A stretch of 64,000 nucleotides of DNA from Clostridia bacterium (GCA_045600145.1 JAZRXI010000008.1:433-64432); one strand, 5' to 3'. Positions 50,068 to 58,740 are shown, counted from the first letter of the stretch. Notes: generated from the letters alone by a model not told the origin. Made by a program: numbers and translations.

Positions 50068-50820
50068 TCATGACTTATTGAACATTACGTTTCTGCCACC
50101 GTCGATAAGCAGTGTAACACCGGTAGTAAAGGCAGATTTATCGGATGCAAGGAACATTACGGCATCGACTATTTCCTGCGGCTCGGCGGCACGTCCCATA
50201 AGAGTTTTCATGTTAGCCATTGCCGCGCGGGTAAGTACGGGACCGGGGGCAACGCATACGGCACGAACGTTGTATGGCGCTCCTGCCTGTGCAAGCGATT
50301 TTACAAGACCGTTCATGATAGCGCTCTTGCTCGCGGAATAATCGGCGTTGAGGCCGCTTCCTTCTTCGCCCGTTATCGAGCCGAAGTTGACGATGACACC
50401 GCTTTTTTGCTCTGCCATGTATTTCATTGCGGCATGGCAGAAGTAGAATGCGCCCTTAAGGTTTACATCTATACCCCAATCGTATATCTCTATCGGTGTT
50501 TCGTGGAAGGTGGGGGCAGTAGATTTGAGAATACGGGTAGCCGCACCTCCTGCACAGTTCTCCAGAATGTCTATGCTGCCGAATGTCTCAACTGCCTTGG
50601 CACACGCCGCGCATACCTGCTTGTAATCACGCACGTCACACTGAACGCCGATAGCATGTCCGCCTGCTTCATTTATAAGCTGGGCCTGTTTTTCGACTTC
50701 TTCCTTGTTGATGTCAACAAGCACGACATTTGCGCCTTCCTTTGAAAAACACTGTGCGGAAAGCAATCCCATGCCGGACGCCGCGCCTGTTACAAGAAGT
50801 GTTTTGTTTTCAAAATCCAT
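50068..50820 (-). CDS. SDR family oxidoreductase
   Basis: TGAASGMG cofactor motif, YSASK catalytic motif. Confidence 0.85.
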   Translation of the reverse strand: MDFENKTLLVTGAASGMGLLSAQCFSKEGANVVLVDINKEEVEKQAQLINEAGGHAIGVQCDVRDYKQVCAACAKAVETFGSIDILENCAGGAATRILKSTAPTFHETPIEIYDWGIDVNLKGAFYFCHAAMKYMAEQKSGVIVNFGSITGEEGSGLNADYSASKSAIMNGLVKSLAQAGAPYNVRAVCVAPGPVLTRAAMANMKTLMGRAAEPQEIVDAVMFLASDKSAFTTGVTLLIDGGRNVMFNKS

Positions 50821-50834
50821 TTTTTTGATCTCCT

Positions 50835-51560
50835 TTATATTTTTTTGCGGCAACCGTCTATCTGATAGTTCTGACCGCTTATATATGCTGCATCGTCACT
50901 TGCAAGGAAGCATATGAGCTTTGCATTTTCACTGTGAAGCCCCGAACGTCCCGAATAATTCAGCTCGTTTGGCTCGTATGTGTTGTATTCGTTGCTCACA
51001 GTGCCGGGAGCAACGCCGTTGACTGTTATGTTATATTCGGCGACCTCTTTTGCAAGTGCCTTTGTGAATGCTATAAGTCCGCCCTTGGTCATTGAGTAAT
51101 CTACCATGTTCGCGTTGCCGTATACACCTGCGACCGACGTAAGATTGATTATTCTGCCGTATTTTTGCGCTTTCATGGTTGCAAGCACCTCATGCGAAAA
51201 ATACATCGTGCCGAGGATGTTTACGTTTATGTATTGCTTCCACATAGAGCTGTCGGTTTCCTCAAAGGGCATATATCTGCGCCACAGACCGGCATTGTTG
51301 ACGAGAATATCTATCCTGCCGAAGCGTTCAAGCGTAGCGGCAACTACTGCTTTGACGTTTTCTTCATCCGCAACATCGCATTTTACGGTAAGCACGTTCT
51401 GCGTTATTTTCTTTATTTCCGCTTCGACTTCACCAAGCTTTTGCATGTCGATATCTGTTATCACGACCGATGCACCGTTTTCGGCAAGTTCGACCGAGGT
51501 GGCGCGCCCGACGCCGACTGACGCTCCTGTTACTATAGCTACTTTTTCTGAAAATTTCAT
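50835..51560 (-). CDS. SDR family oxidoreductase
   Basis: TGASVGVG, NNAG, YSMTK motifs. Confidence 0.85.
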   Translation of the reverse strand: MKFSEKVAIVTGASVGVGRATSVELAENGASVVITDIDMQKLGEVEAEIKKITQNVLTVKCDVADEENVKAVVAATLERFGRIDILVNNAGLWRRYMPFEETDSSMWKQYINVNILGTMYFSHEVLATMKAQKYGRIINLTSVAGVYGNANMVDYSMTKGGLIAFTKALAKEVAEYNITVNGVAPGTVSNEYNTYEPNELNYSGRSGLHSENAKLICFLASDDAAYISGQNYQIDGCRKKI

Positions 51561-51673
51561 GAATTTAAGCTCCCTTCATAACTGTAATTCGTATTATAAC
51601 ACAGATAAAACACGATTTCAATAAATTATTCTATTGTATATGAAAACAATACTACTGAATTTGATGCGAAATA

Positions 51674-51702
51674 TTGACATTGCACGGATTATCGGCTATA
51701 CT
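51674..51702 (+). promoter_or_regulatory. sigma-A promoter for the AraC gene
   Basis: TTGACA (51674-51679), 17 nt, TATACT (51697-51702). Confidence 0.6.
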
Positions 51703-51733
51703 TGAGAAAACTATACTTTTATGCGGAGTAAAT

Positions 51734-52519
51734 ATGTATTGTGAAAAGCAGGGCTTGGCTCATTTTATGTCGTGCGTATATACACAAAAATACAGTGTGA
51801 CGGATGATTTTTCTCGTATGCCGCGTCCGTGTCACAACCTTGTGATAATTCTTAAAGGAAATGTCATTTTCAGTGAAGACGGCATGAATGTCCATGTGCA
51901 TGAAAACGAAATGGCGTTCATCCCGAAAGGATCGCGTTACAGCGCACAGTGGTTTCCCGACCCCGATATGGTATTCCACACACTTCATTTTGATTTCGAA
52001 TGGCATAGCGATCCGCTTAAGAACAAGAAGATACCCGTGCAGAAAATTGCAACTGATAATATCGAGGAGTTGAAAAGACAGTTCACATATGTGCATAACA
52101 ACCAAAATGCAGGGACTTTTGAATTTAATTCCGTGTTTTATGCCATATGTTCAAAAAGCGTGGCTAAACTTGATTATGCACAGATAACGCGCGTCAGACC
52201 GATACAGCCTGCCCTTGATTATATGGAAAGCCATTATACTGAAAAGATAACGGTAGAATATCTTGCGACGCTGTGCTGTATCAGCGAATCACGGTTTTAT
52301 GTGTGCTTCAGGGATGAAACGGGAATGACGCCGATAGAGTATAAAAACAGACTGTGCATTCGCCATACGATGCATGCGCTGATATCGGAGCCTAACAAAA
52401 GTGCCGAGAAGATAGCACTTGAGAACGGCTTTGATTCGGTGGTGTATTTCCGCAGGATGTTCAAGCGTTATACCGGCAAAACACCGGGAGATTACCGCAA
52501 TGAAGGAGTGCTGATGTGA
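51734..52519 (+). CDS. AraC family transcriptional regulator (cupin + HTH)
   Basis: C-terminal ..PIEYKNRLCIRHTMHAL..GFDSVVYFRRMFKRYTGKTPGDYR. Confidence 0.85.
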   Translation: MYCEKQGLAHFMSCVYTQKYSVTDDFSRMPRPCHNLVIILKGNVIFSEDGMNVHVHENEMAFIPKGSRYSAQWFPDPDMVFHTLHFDFEWHSDPLKNKKIPVQKIATDNIEELKRQFTYVHNNQNAGTFEFNSVFYAICSKSVAKLDYAQITRVRPIQPALDYMESHYTEKITVEYLATLCCISESRFYVCFRDETGMTPIEYKNRLCIRHTMHALISEPNKSAEKIALENGFDSVVYFRRMFKRYTGKTPGDYRNEGVLM

Positions 52520-52561
52520 AAACAGTGCTTCAAACAATAAAAATACAGATATCTGTCTTTT

Positions 52562-53623
52562 TTAATGCTTGTCAAGCGTTTCGCAAATCACCTTGAACAC
52601 ATTTTCTTTTCCGCGGTGCGCACCGGCAGAGCGCATTGCGGAAATATATTTTTCACGCTGATCGTACAGATCGAGTATTTCCTTTACGAAAATATCTTCG
52701 GTGATATTTTCTTCAAGCAACTGCTTTGAGTAACCGAGCTGTTCAAATTCGCTTGAGTTTATGAGCTGATCTCCGCGTGAGTGGAGAGAGGGGAGTGGAA
52801 TGAGAAGCATCGGTTTCAAAAGCGCAAGAAACTCATGTATGCTGTTTGAGCCTGCACGGGAAACGACTATATCGGCAAGCGCCATCACATCGGGCAGGTC
52901 TTCGCTTATGTATTCCTTTTGGATATAGCCTTTTTTGTTTATCGTTTCGTCGAGTTTGCCATTCCCGCAAATATGAATGATGTTGAATCGAGGCAGAAGC
53001 TTATCAAGCACGGCACGTATGTTGTCATTTATCGCTTTCGCACCGAGACTTCCTCCCATAACGAGTATTACGGGTTTTGAATCAAGCCCGAGTTTTTTTG
53101 CGGCTATCATACTGCTTCCGTGGAGCAGACCGTCACGCAGGGGAGTTCCGGTACATACGCCCTTTTTGCCTAAGCTTTGAGCGGTTTTTTGAAATGTAGT
53201 GCACGCTTTTTTTGCAGTGGGCAGACACAGCTTCGTGGCAAGCCCGGGTGTCATGTCGGATTCATGTATCACGACCGGCACACCATGCATCCCCGCGGCA
53301 AATACTACGGGAACGGAAACGAAGCCGCCCTTGGAGAATACGCCTGCGGGCTTCAGCTCGCTCATCAGCTTCATTGATTGAAAATATCCTTTGCATACTC
53401 TGAATGGGTCGGTAAAATTCTTGATATTGTTGTATCTGCGAAGTTTGCCCGCACTTATCCCGTGGTAAATAACACCGGGAAGCTTTTCGATAAGCTCACG
53501 CTCGATGCCTTCCTCACGTCCTATGTAGTGAACTGTATATCCGCTGTTCTGCACAAGCGGGATCAATGCCATGTTCGGCGTGACGTGTCCTGCCGTTCCG
53601 CCGCCCGTAAAAACAAAATTCAT
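52562..53623 (-). CDS. murG: UDP-GlcNAc:lipid I N-acetylglucosaminyltransferase
   Basis: FTGGGTAGHVTP G-loop; 353 aa. Confidence 0.9.
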   Translation of the reverse strand: MNFVFTGGGTAGHVTPNMALIPLVQNSGYTVHYIGREEGIERELIEKLPGVIYHGISAGKLRRYNNIKNFTDPFRVCKGYFQSMKLMSELKPAGVFSKGGFVSVPVVFAAGMHGVPVVIHESDMTPGLATKLCLPTAKKACTTFQKTAQSLGKKGVCTGTPLRDGLLHGSSMIAAKKLGLDSKPVILVMGGSLGAKAINDNIRAVLDKLLPRFNIIHICGNGKLDETINKKGYIQKEYISEDLPDVMALADIVVSRAGSNSIHEFLALLKPMLLIPLPSLHSRGDQLINSSEFEQLGYSKQLLEENITEDIFVKEILDLYDQREKYISAMRSAGAHRGKENVFKVICETLDKH

Positions 53624-53729
53624 AATATCTCCGACTATCCTTTTTATAAATTATATTTGCTTTATTATATAATATGACGGCGAAAAATGCAACAGAAACA
53701 GAAGTACGATGAAGATAAATAAATAATTG

Positions 53730-53758
53730 TTGCAAAACCCCATAGTTGATGATATAAT
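53730..53758 (+). promoter_or_regulatory. sigma-A promoter for the GH3 gene
   Basis: TTGCAA (53730-53735), 17 nt, TATAAT (53753-53758). Confidence 0.6.
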
Positions 53759-53795
53759 ATACGTATTAGTTATTGTTTTTGCAGTGAGGGAAAAA

Positions 53796-55373
53796 ATGAA
53801 AACACCGCTGTGTTTGGAAGACCTGTCGGTCGAGCAGAAAATCGGTCAGTTGTTGACCGCGCGTCAACTGCCCGAGCCGGACGAATTGTCCTTTGCGATA
53901 GAGCTTGCGAAAAACCACGCGCTCGGCGCGATTCAGGTCCCCACTACCCGCGAAGCCATGACCACGTTGGGCGATCGCGTCAAGGATGCCGCCGATTACC
54001 CGATACTTGTCGGTGCCGATATGGAAAAAGGCTGTCCGATGGGCTCGCTTAAAATCGCAGGCAATCTTGCGCTTGGTGCCATGGATGACCCCGAGTGTGC
54101 ATATCGCTTTGCACGTGTGACCGCGATAGAAGCCAAGGAAGCAGGCTACAACATGATCTGGAGCCCCGTTGTTGACAACGCTGACCATGACCATCCATGT
54201 TCGATTGCCCGCTCGTTCGGGTCAAATCCACGAAAAATCGCGGAGCTTGCCATTCCATATATGCGCGCCTTCGCGGAATGCGGTGTCATCGGCTCGGCCA
54301 AGCACTATCCGTCCGCAAACGATTCCATTTTTGACACTCACATGGCGGAAGGGTTTTCCTATAGAACTAAAGAACAGCTTCTTTCGTACAATCTCGTACC
54401 GTACATAGAAATGATGAAAGCGCTCGGTGACGATATGCCCGGCATCATGACGGGTCATGTCAAGTGCGTAAATATCGATCCCGAACATCCTGCAAGCCTT
54501 TCAAAACCCTGCATCGACATCATCCGTGAGGCAGGCTTCGACGGCATTATAATCACCGATTCACTTGCCATGATGGGCGTTGTTCAGAAATACGGTGACT
54601 ATCTGCCGCTTGCACTTGCCATAGCTGCCGGTAACGACCTGCTGTTACCAAATTACCGCATGCCACTGAGAGCCGGTTATGAATATCTTCTCAAAGCATA
54701 CCGTGACGGCGCTTTCTCCGAGGAACGGCTGAATGATGCCGTCCGTCATGTACTGAACGCGCAGGCGCGCACACTGCGCATGCCGGATGGCACTGTAACA
54801 GATGAAGACCGCGCCTATATAGAAAAAATCAACCGCAACTGCATCTGTGCAAAATGCGATGAGGGTCTTTCTCCCGTACTTAACAAGGATAGAAAGCATC
54901 TGTTCGTCATACTGCGTGAAAACCCGGTGCTTGATGCTGACAACGGAGAGATCAACGAAATATCTTTTTCCGGCTGGTGGAATCCCGATGAAGTCGCCGC
55001 TCATCTGAAACACGACTTTCCCGCCTCCGAGGTGCGCCTGCTCTGCGAGTTCCCGACATATATCGAAAACGAGCGTGTCGCCAATCTCGCCGCACACGCA
55101 GATGATGTGGTTTTCGTGACCTTCTGCGAGGGTCGCTGTTATCAGGGCACTGACGGTTTGACTGAGCGCATGCGTATGCTGATCGCATCCATGCAGACCA
55201 AAATCGCAGCCATTGTACATTTCGGAAATCCCTACGCCATGCAGCCCGTTGTTCATATACCGCGTTTGATTTTCGGTTTTCCGAGCGAACTGTGTGTTAA
55301 TAACGGACTGGATGTGCTTTCCGGCAAGATCGAGCCTCTCGGGCATCTGCCGATCGACGTAAAGCTTAAATAG
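53796..55373 (+). CDS. glycoside hydrolase family 3 protein (NagZ/beta-glucosidase-like)
   Basis: EQKIGQLL, KHYPS, IIITDSLAM (nucleophile Asp region). Confidence 0.75.
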   Translation: MKTPLCLEDLSVEQKIGQLLTARQLPEPDELSFAIELAKNHALGAIQVPTTREAMTTLGDRVKDAADYPILVGADMEKGCPMGSLKIAGNLALGAMDDPECAYRFARVTAIEAKEAGYNMIWSPVVDNADHDHPCSIARSFGSNPRKIAELAIPYMRAFAECGVIGSAKHYPSANDSIFDTHMAEGFSYRTKEQLLSYNLVPYIEMMKALGDDMPGIMTGHVKCVNIDPEHPASLSKPCIDIIREAGFDGIIITDSLAMMGVVQKYGDYLPLALAIAAGNDLLLPNYRMPLRAGYEYLLKAYRDGAFSEERLNDAVRHVLNAQARTLRMPDGTVTDEDRAYIEKINRNCICAKCDEGLSPVLNKDRKHLFVILRENPVLDADNGEINEISFSGWWNPDEVAAHLKHDFPASEVRLLCEFPTYIENERVANLAAHADDVVFVTFCEGRCYQGTDGLTERMRMLIASMQTKIAAIVHFGNPYAMQPVVHIPRLIFGFPSELCVNNGLDVLSGKIEPLGHLPIDVKLK

Positions 55374-55488
55374 CGAATTTGTATTTTAATATAAAGTAAT
55401 TTGAGTATAAAAGTTTTCTGAGAACACGAACTCGGATTTGTAAAGATATTTTCCATTGCCGTGCGACGATGCGTAATACACATAATAG

Positions 55489-55521
55489 AAAAACAGGCTG
55501 ACATAAAACCAGCCTGTTTTT
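55489..55521 (+). terminator. intrinsic terminator
   Basis: AAACAGGCTG-N9-CAGCCTGTTT then TT. Confidence 0.7.
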
Positions 55522-55542
55522 CTATTGGTGCCTTTAGGTGTG

Positions 55543-55572
55543 GAGAAAAAGCCCCCCCGGTTCTACCGGGGG
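55543..55572 (-). terminator. intrinsic terminator abutting the truncated aldolase
   Basis: Minus-sense CCCCCGG-TAGAA-CCGGGGG then GGCTTTTTCTCC. Confidence 0.55.
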
Positions 55573-55575
55573 AAA

Positions 55576-56149
55576 GAAAATCAAGGTCCGGAATTCCCTT
55601 ATACTCACCGTGAGCAGTTCCTATTGCTATAGCTAAAGTATCAATACCTGTTTTGCTTACAAAATCTTCGGCTTCTTTCGGAACAGTAAATGTTACCGTT
55701 CTCTCATCCACCGACATATCATCTTCCGTTCCGCCTATTCTTCCGAGTTCTCCCTCAACACAAACATTTATGCTATGTGCCGCTTCAACAACTTTTTTTA
55801 CCATTTTTACATTTTCTTCATAAGGCAAATCGGCAGAATCAATCATTACAGATGTATAGCCGGATTTCATACATTGCATAATTGTTTCAAAGCTCTTACA
55901 GTGGTCAACATGAAGCGCCATAGGTATCTTGTATTCTTTCGAGGCTTCTTTTACTATTGAAGCTATGCAAGGAATACCTGCGTGCTTAAGAGTGCCCGGA
56001 GTGGTTTGGATTATTACCGGACAGTTTTCCTCTTTTGCCCCTTGAGCAACCGCTTGTATGGTTTCTAAATTATGAATATTAAATGTTGCGATTGCACAGC
56101 CTTTCTTCTGTGCCTCTTTAATAAAACACAATGGATTTACTAATGACAT
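55576..56149 (-). pseudogene. class II tagatose/fructose-bisphosphate aldolase, 3'-truncated (about 191 of 285 codons)
   Basis: MSLVNP..ATFNIHNLE..ALHVDHC..EGELGRIGG..GTAHGEYKG; homology stops after IPDLDF and runs into unrelated sequence. Confidence 0.75.
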
Positions 56150-56163
56150 TTTTTCCACCTCGC

Positions 56164-56598
56164 TTAAATCATTTCTGTTTTTATTTCAAAATAGTATTTA
56201 TCTACCGTGTTTTTATCCACTGATCCTGTTTGCGCATACAAAGCATTTGTTAATCCGGCAGCCATACCATACTTTATCGAATCAATTACATTCATATTTT
56301 CTGATAGCGCCACGGCAATTGCCGCAACCGTACTGTCACCTGAACCGACAGAATTCACTGCCGTTATCTCCGGCGTTACAAAATGATAGTATTTGTCCTC
56401 AAATAACAATATTGCCCCCTGCGAACCCAATGTGCATAAAGGAACTTTAACTCCCGAATCTTACAAATCTCTCAATGCTTTTTTGATATTATCAAAGCTG
56501 TCCGTTGAATACCCGAAAAGCTCTTTTAACTCTTGTCTGTTCGGCTTTATCATATACGGTCTTGATTCCAATGCTTTTTTTAATACTGCCCCCGAAGT
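56164..56598 (-). pseudogene. PfkB-family sugar-phosphate kinase (LacC/FruK-like), C-terminal half with in-frame TAA
   Basis: TSGAVLKKALESRPYMIKPNRQEL..RDL*DSGVKV..VNSVGSGDS; TAA at 56482-56484; the N-terminal ~160 codons are absent. Confidence 0.75.
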
Positions 56599-56886
56599 AT
56601 AAAAGAGTTAAGCAGAAGAATTTGTTCAAGCGAATCTTCCGTCCGCAGAGACCTTGAATATCTGGAAAATGCGGGTTTATCAAAAAAAGTCTACGGCGGT
56701 GCCGTTCTTGCTGAATACGAAAACGACCTTGTTCCCGTTTTTCTGCGTGATTCTTCAAATTCAGCCATAAAAGAAAAAATCGCCCAAAGGGCTTCAAAAG
56801 AAGTTTTTGACGGTGCTGTTATTTTTATGGATTCATCATCCACTGTTATGAGAATAACCAAGTATTTATCATCCTATAAAAACTTA
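56599..56886 (+). pseudogene. DeoR-family regulator fragment (truncated at both ends)
   Basis: IKELSRRICSSESSVRRDLEYLENAGLSKKVYGGAVL..IAQRASKEVFDGAVIFMDSSST..; lacks about 20 N-terminal and 120 C-terminal codons. Confidence 0.7.
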
Positions 56887-56902
56887 AGGCAATACCGCAT
56901 AA

Positions 56903-57022
56903 TTATGACGGTGCAGATGCGCCGTCAGAATAAGTGTCTAAGGTAATCATCCCCAAGCTCGTCATATAATCAATGATGATATAGTCATAATCCTTTTTGA
57001 TGCTTTTCAAATACATCGACAT
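56903..57022 (-). pseudogene. possible ParA/MinD-type ATPase fragment
   Basis: 39-codon ORF with KKDYDYIIIDYMTSLGMITLD resembling the ParA Walker-B region (DxxIIDcpPsLg). Confidence 0.3.
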
Positions 57023-57090
57023 AATGCCTTTCACGGTTCATCGCGAAATTTCGCCCCGAGATCCATTTTGAAAATTCCCCGTAAAACGGT

Positions 57091-57118
57091 AAAAACCCTT
57101 GATGTCTCAAGGGCTTTT
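57091..57118 (-). terminator. intrinsic terminator after tRNA-Leu
   Basis: Minus-sense AAAAGCCCTTGA-GACA-TCAAGGGTTTTT. Confidence 0.75.
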
Positions 57119-57146
57119 AGCGTTTGTGCTTTTTCGCAGCACAATG

Positions 57147-57229
57147 CTGGTGCTCCCGACAGGATTTGAACCTGCACGCTTGCGCATTGGAACCTAAATC
57201 CAACGTGTATGCCAATTTCACCACGGGAG
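57147..57229 (-). tRNA. tRNA-Leu (anticodon UAG), type II with long variable arm, CCA encoded
   Basis: Hand-folded: acceptor GCTCCCG/CGGGAGC, anticodon loop TTTAGGT, 11-nt variable arm, T-loop TTCAAAT. Confidence 0.88.
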
Positions 57230-57230
57230 C

Positions 57231-57647
57231 TTATTTTTTCTTCATGCCGTATATCGCAAAGCGCTTCAGAAAATAATTCCACACCATCACGAGAAGTGTA
57301 ACTATCGGCTTTGCGAGGAACGGCGGGATGACCATTTCAAACAGCCACATTAGCAGCTCCGTCCATCCGAGACCAAGTACACTTGATAAGACGAATACCG
57401 CTTTCGATTTCAAGTTCTGCTTTCCCGCGTTCTCGAAGACCCACAGTACGCAGATAATGTAATTCACTATGACCGAAACAGTAAAGCCTATCGCTATGCT
57501 GAGCCAATGCAGTTTTTGGGGAAAGACGAAAGCATCAAGCAGCATCATACAGCTCCAATCGATCACAAAGCAGATCGCTCCGTTGACGGCAAACTTGAAT
57601 ATCTCTTTGAATCTCGGTTCTCTGATAAGCTTTTTGATTTTCTCCAT
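57231..57647 (-). CDS. GtrA family membrane protein
   Basis: 138 aa, 4 TM, FKFAVNGAICFVIDW N-terminal pattern; stop lies 1 nt from the tRNA-Leu 5' end. Confidence 0.75.
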   Translation of the reverse strand: MEKIKKLIREPRFKEIFKFAVNGAICFVIDWSCMMLLDAFVFPQKLHWLSIAIGFTVSVIVNYIICVLWVFENAGKQNLKSKAVFVLSSVLGLGWTELLMWLFEMVIPPFLAKPIVTLLVMVWNYFLKRFAIYGMKKK

Positions 57648-57671
57648 ATTGCACTCCGTGACACAAGTTTA

Positions 57672-57908
57672 TTAAATTATATCACATTTTTCTTTTTCAT
57701 GCAATACATACTTCTGTTTCTGTTGCATAACGGATTTATTTATTCTCGCCGTACTTTTGGAGCAAGTCTTTTTTGCGTTCTCCAATACCTGCGGCGGAAT
57801 ATTGGGATATATACATGCTTTACATGTGCCGTTGATATCAAGCTCGATTTCTTCAAGTGTGCATTTTCGGTCTTTATGATAAATGCAAAAGTGGTTCTGA
57901 CAGTCCAT
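57672..57908 (-). CDS. small Cys-rich protein, unknown function
   Basis: GGAGGA RBS; MDCQNHFCIYHKDRKCTLEEIELDINGTCKACIY (6 Cys in 34 aa) plus a basic tail. Confidence 0.55.
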   Translation of the reverse strand: MDCQNHFCIYHKDRKCTLEEIELDINGTCKACIYPNIPPQVLENAKKTCSKSTARINKSVMQQKQKYVLHEKEKCDII

Positions 57909-57928
57909 TGATGTTTCCTCCGTAGAAT

Positions 57929-57958
57929 AAAAAAGTGCAACCACCGAAGCAGTCGCAC
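57929..57958 (-). terminator. attenuator terminator inside the 5' leader
   Basis: Minus-sense GTGCGACTGC-TTCG-GTGGTTGCAC followed by T6, ending 8 nt before the RBS. Confidence 0.7.
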
Positions 57959-57981
57959 AAAAAACGCAAACTCCGATAGTC

Positions 57982-58119
57982 GCCAAACCAATTCAATATA
58001 AGGGCATTACGCTCACTTACACCGAAGGAATTTGCATTTTTATCAAATTCGAGGTGCAAACAATAAGCGTATTGTCCGAATAGGGGGAAAATACCCGTTT
58101 GATATCAAATTGGCTTGGC
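57982..58119 (-). promoter_or_regulatory. candidate riboswitch aptamer-like domain (class not recognised)
   Basis: P1 GCCAAGCCAATT/AATTGGTTTGGC (58108-58119 with 57982-57993). P2 GGGTATT/AATGCCC (58090-58096 with 58002-58008). P3 hairpin 58060-58075. P4 hairpin 58018-58058. All are nested. Confidence 0.55.
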
Positions 58120-58125
58120 ACAATC

Positions 58126-58154
58126 ATTGTAGCACATTTGTCTGTTTTTATCAA
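58126..58154 (-). promoter_or_regulatory. sigma-A promoter with extended -10
   Basis: Minus-sense TTGATA (58149-58154), 17 nt, TGcTACAAT (-10 at 58126-58131); the predicted TSS coincides with the first base of P1. Confidence 0.6.
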
Positions 58155-58172
58155 GAATTAAATTTATATATT

Positions 58173-58613
58173 TTACAAATACTGCCGAATATCTACGGTA
58201 AGCTGTTCTTCAAGGTTTATCAGCCGCTTTGTTATATCCTTGGAGCGTTCGTCGGCGGCTTCGTACTGATTCAGGTATTTGTTCAACGATTTGACACCCA
58301 TGTTACAGCCATCGGTCATAAGGTCGGCTATCGTTTCGTCGGTTTCGTTCATGGCAAGCTTCATGTTCGTTTTTATCCATGACATACTTTTTGCCATCGG
58401 ATCGGGATTTTTTCCGTCATCGTGAAATTCGTCAAGCATTTTTTGTGATTCGCTTTTCAGCTTTTCGTGCTCCTGCTTGCAGTAAGAGAGTTTATCCCTA
58501 AAATCTTTGTTTTCAACATGGTCGATGACTTCCTCTATCGACGAAACCCCCATTTTGATGCCCGCGTCACATTCACGCAGAAGCTTTATTGTATCGCTTT
58601 CTATCATAATCAA
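58173..58613 (-). CDS. hypothetical all-helical protein (four-helix-bundle-like)
   Basis: 146-aa ORF, GGAGG RBS, amphipathic helical repeats; family not recognised. Confidence 0.6.
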   Translation of the reverse strand: MIMIESDTIKLLRECDAGIKMGVSSIEEVIDHVENKDFRDKLSYCKQEHEKLKSESQKMLDEFHDDGKNPDPMAKSMSWIKTNMKLAMNETDETIADLMTDGCNMGVKSLNKYLNQYEAADERSKDITKRLINLEEQLTVDIRQYL

Positions 58614-58709
58614 ACCTCCTATATGTGTTCTGAAAATATTGTGTGCATTTTGACTGAAAAATATACATTTGCTATTGCAGACGTCTGTAATAATTAAAGT
58701 GTGCTGAAC

Positions 58710-58740
58710 AAAAAAAGCAGGGACTCAAAAATCCCTGCTT
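58710..58740 (-). terminator. intrinsic terminator
   Basis: Minus-sense GCAGGGA-N8-TCCCTGC followed by T7. Confidence 0.7.

Noticed and set aside
52545-52556. The palindrome ACAGATATCTGT between AraC and murG as a bidirectional terminator.
   Set aside because: A 12-nt perfect palindrome leaves no loop; the effective stem is only about 4 bp. It is too weak to call.
57031-57282. An 83-aa ORF overlapping tRNA-Leu, and the 95-aa ORF 9797..10084 overlapping tRNA-Ala.
   Set aside because: They run through tRNA genes and terminators and have no RBS or motifs. They are spurious.
57982-58119. The 12-18-bp inverted repeat flanking about 110 bp read as MITE termini or an invertible promoter (inverton).
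   Set aside because: The three non-Watson-Crick positions are G.U only in the transcribed (minus) sense. The interior folds into further nested helices, and the promoter lies outside the repeat. No recombinase or target-site duplication is visible. I keep this as the main alternative to the riboswitch reading.
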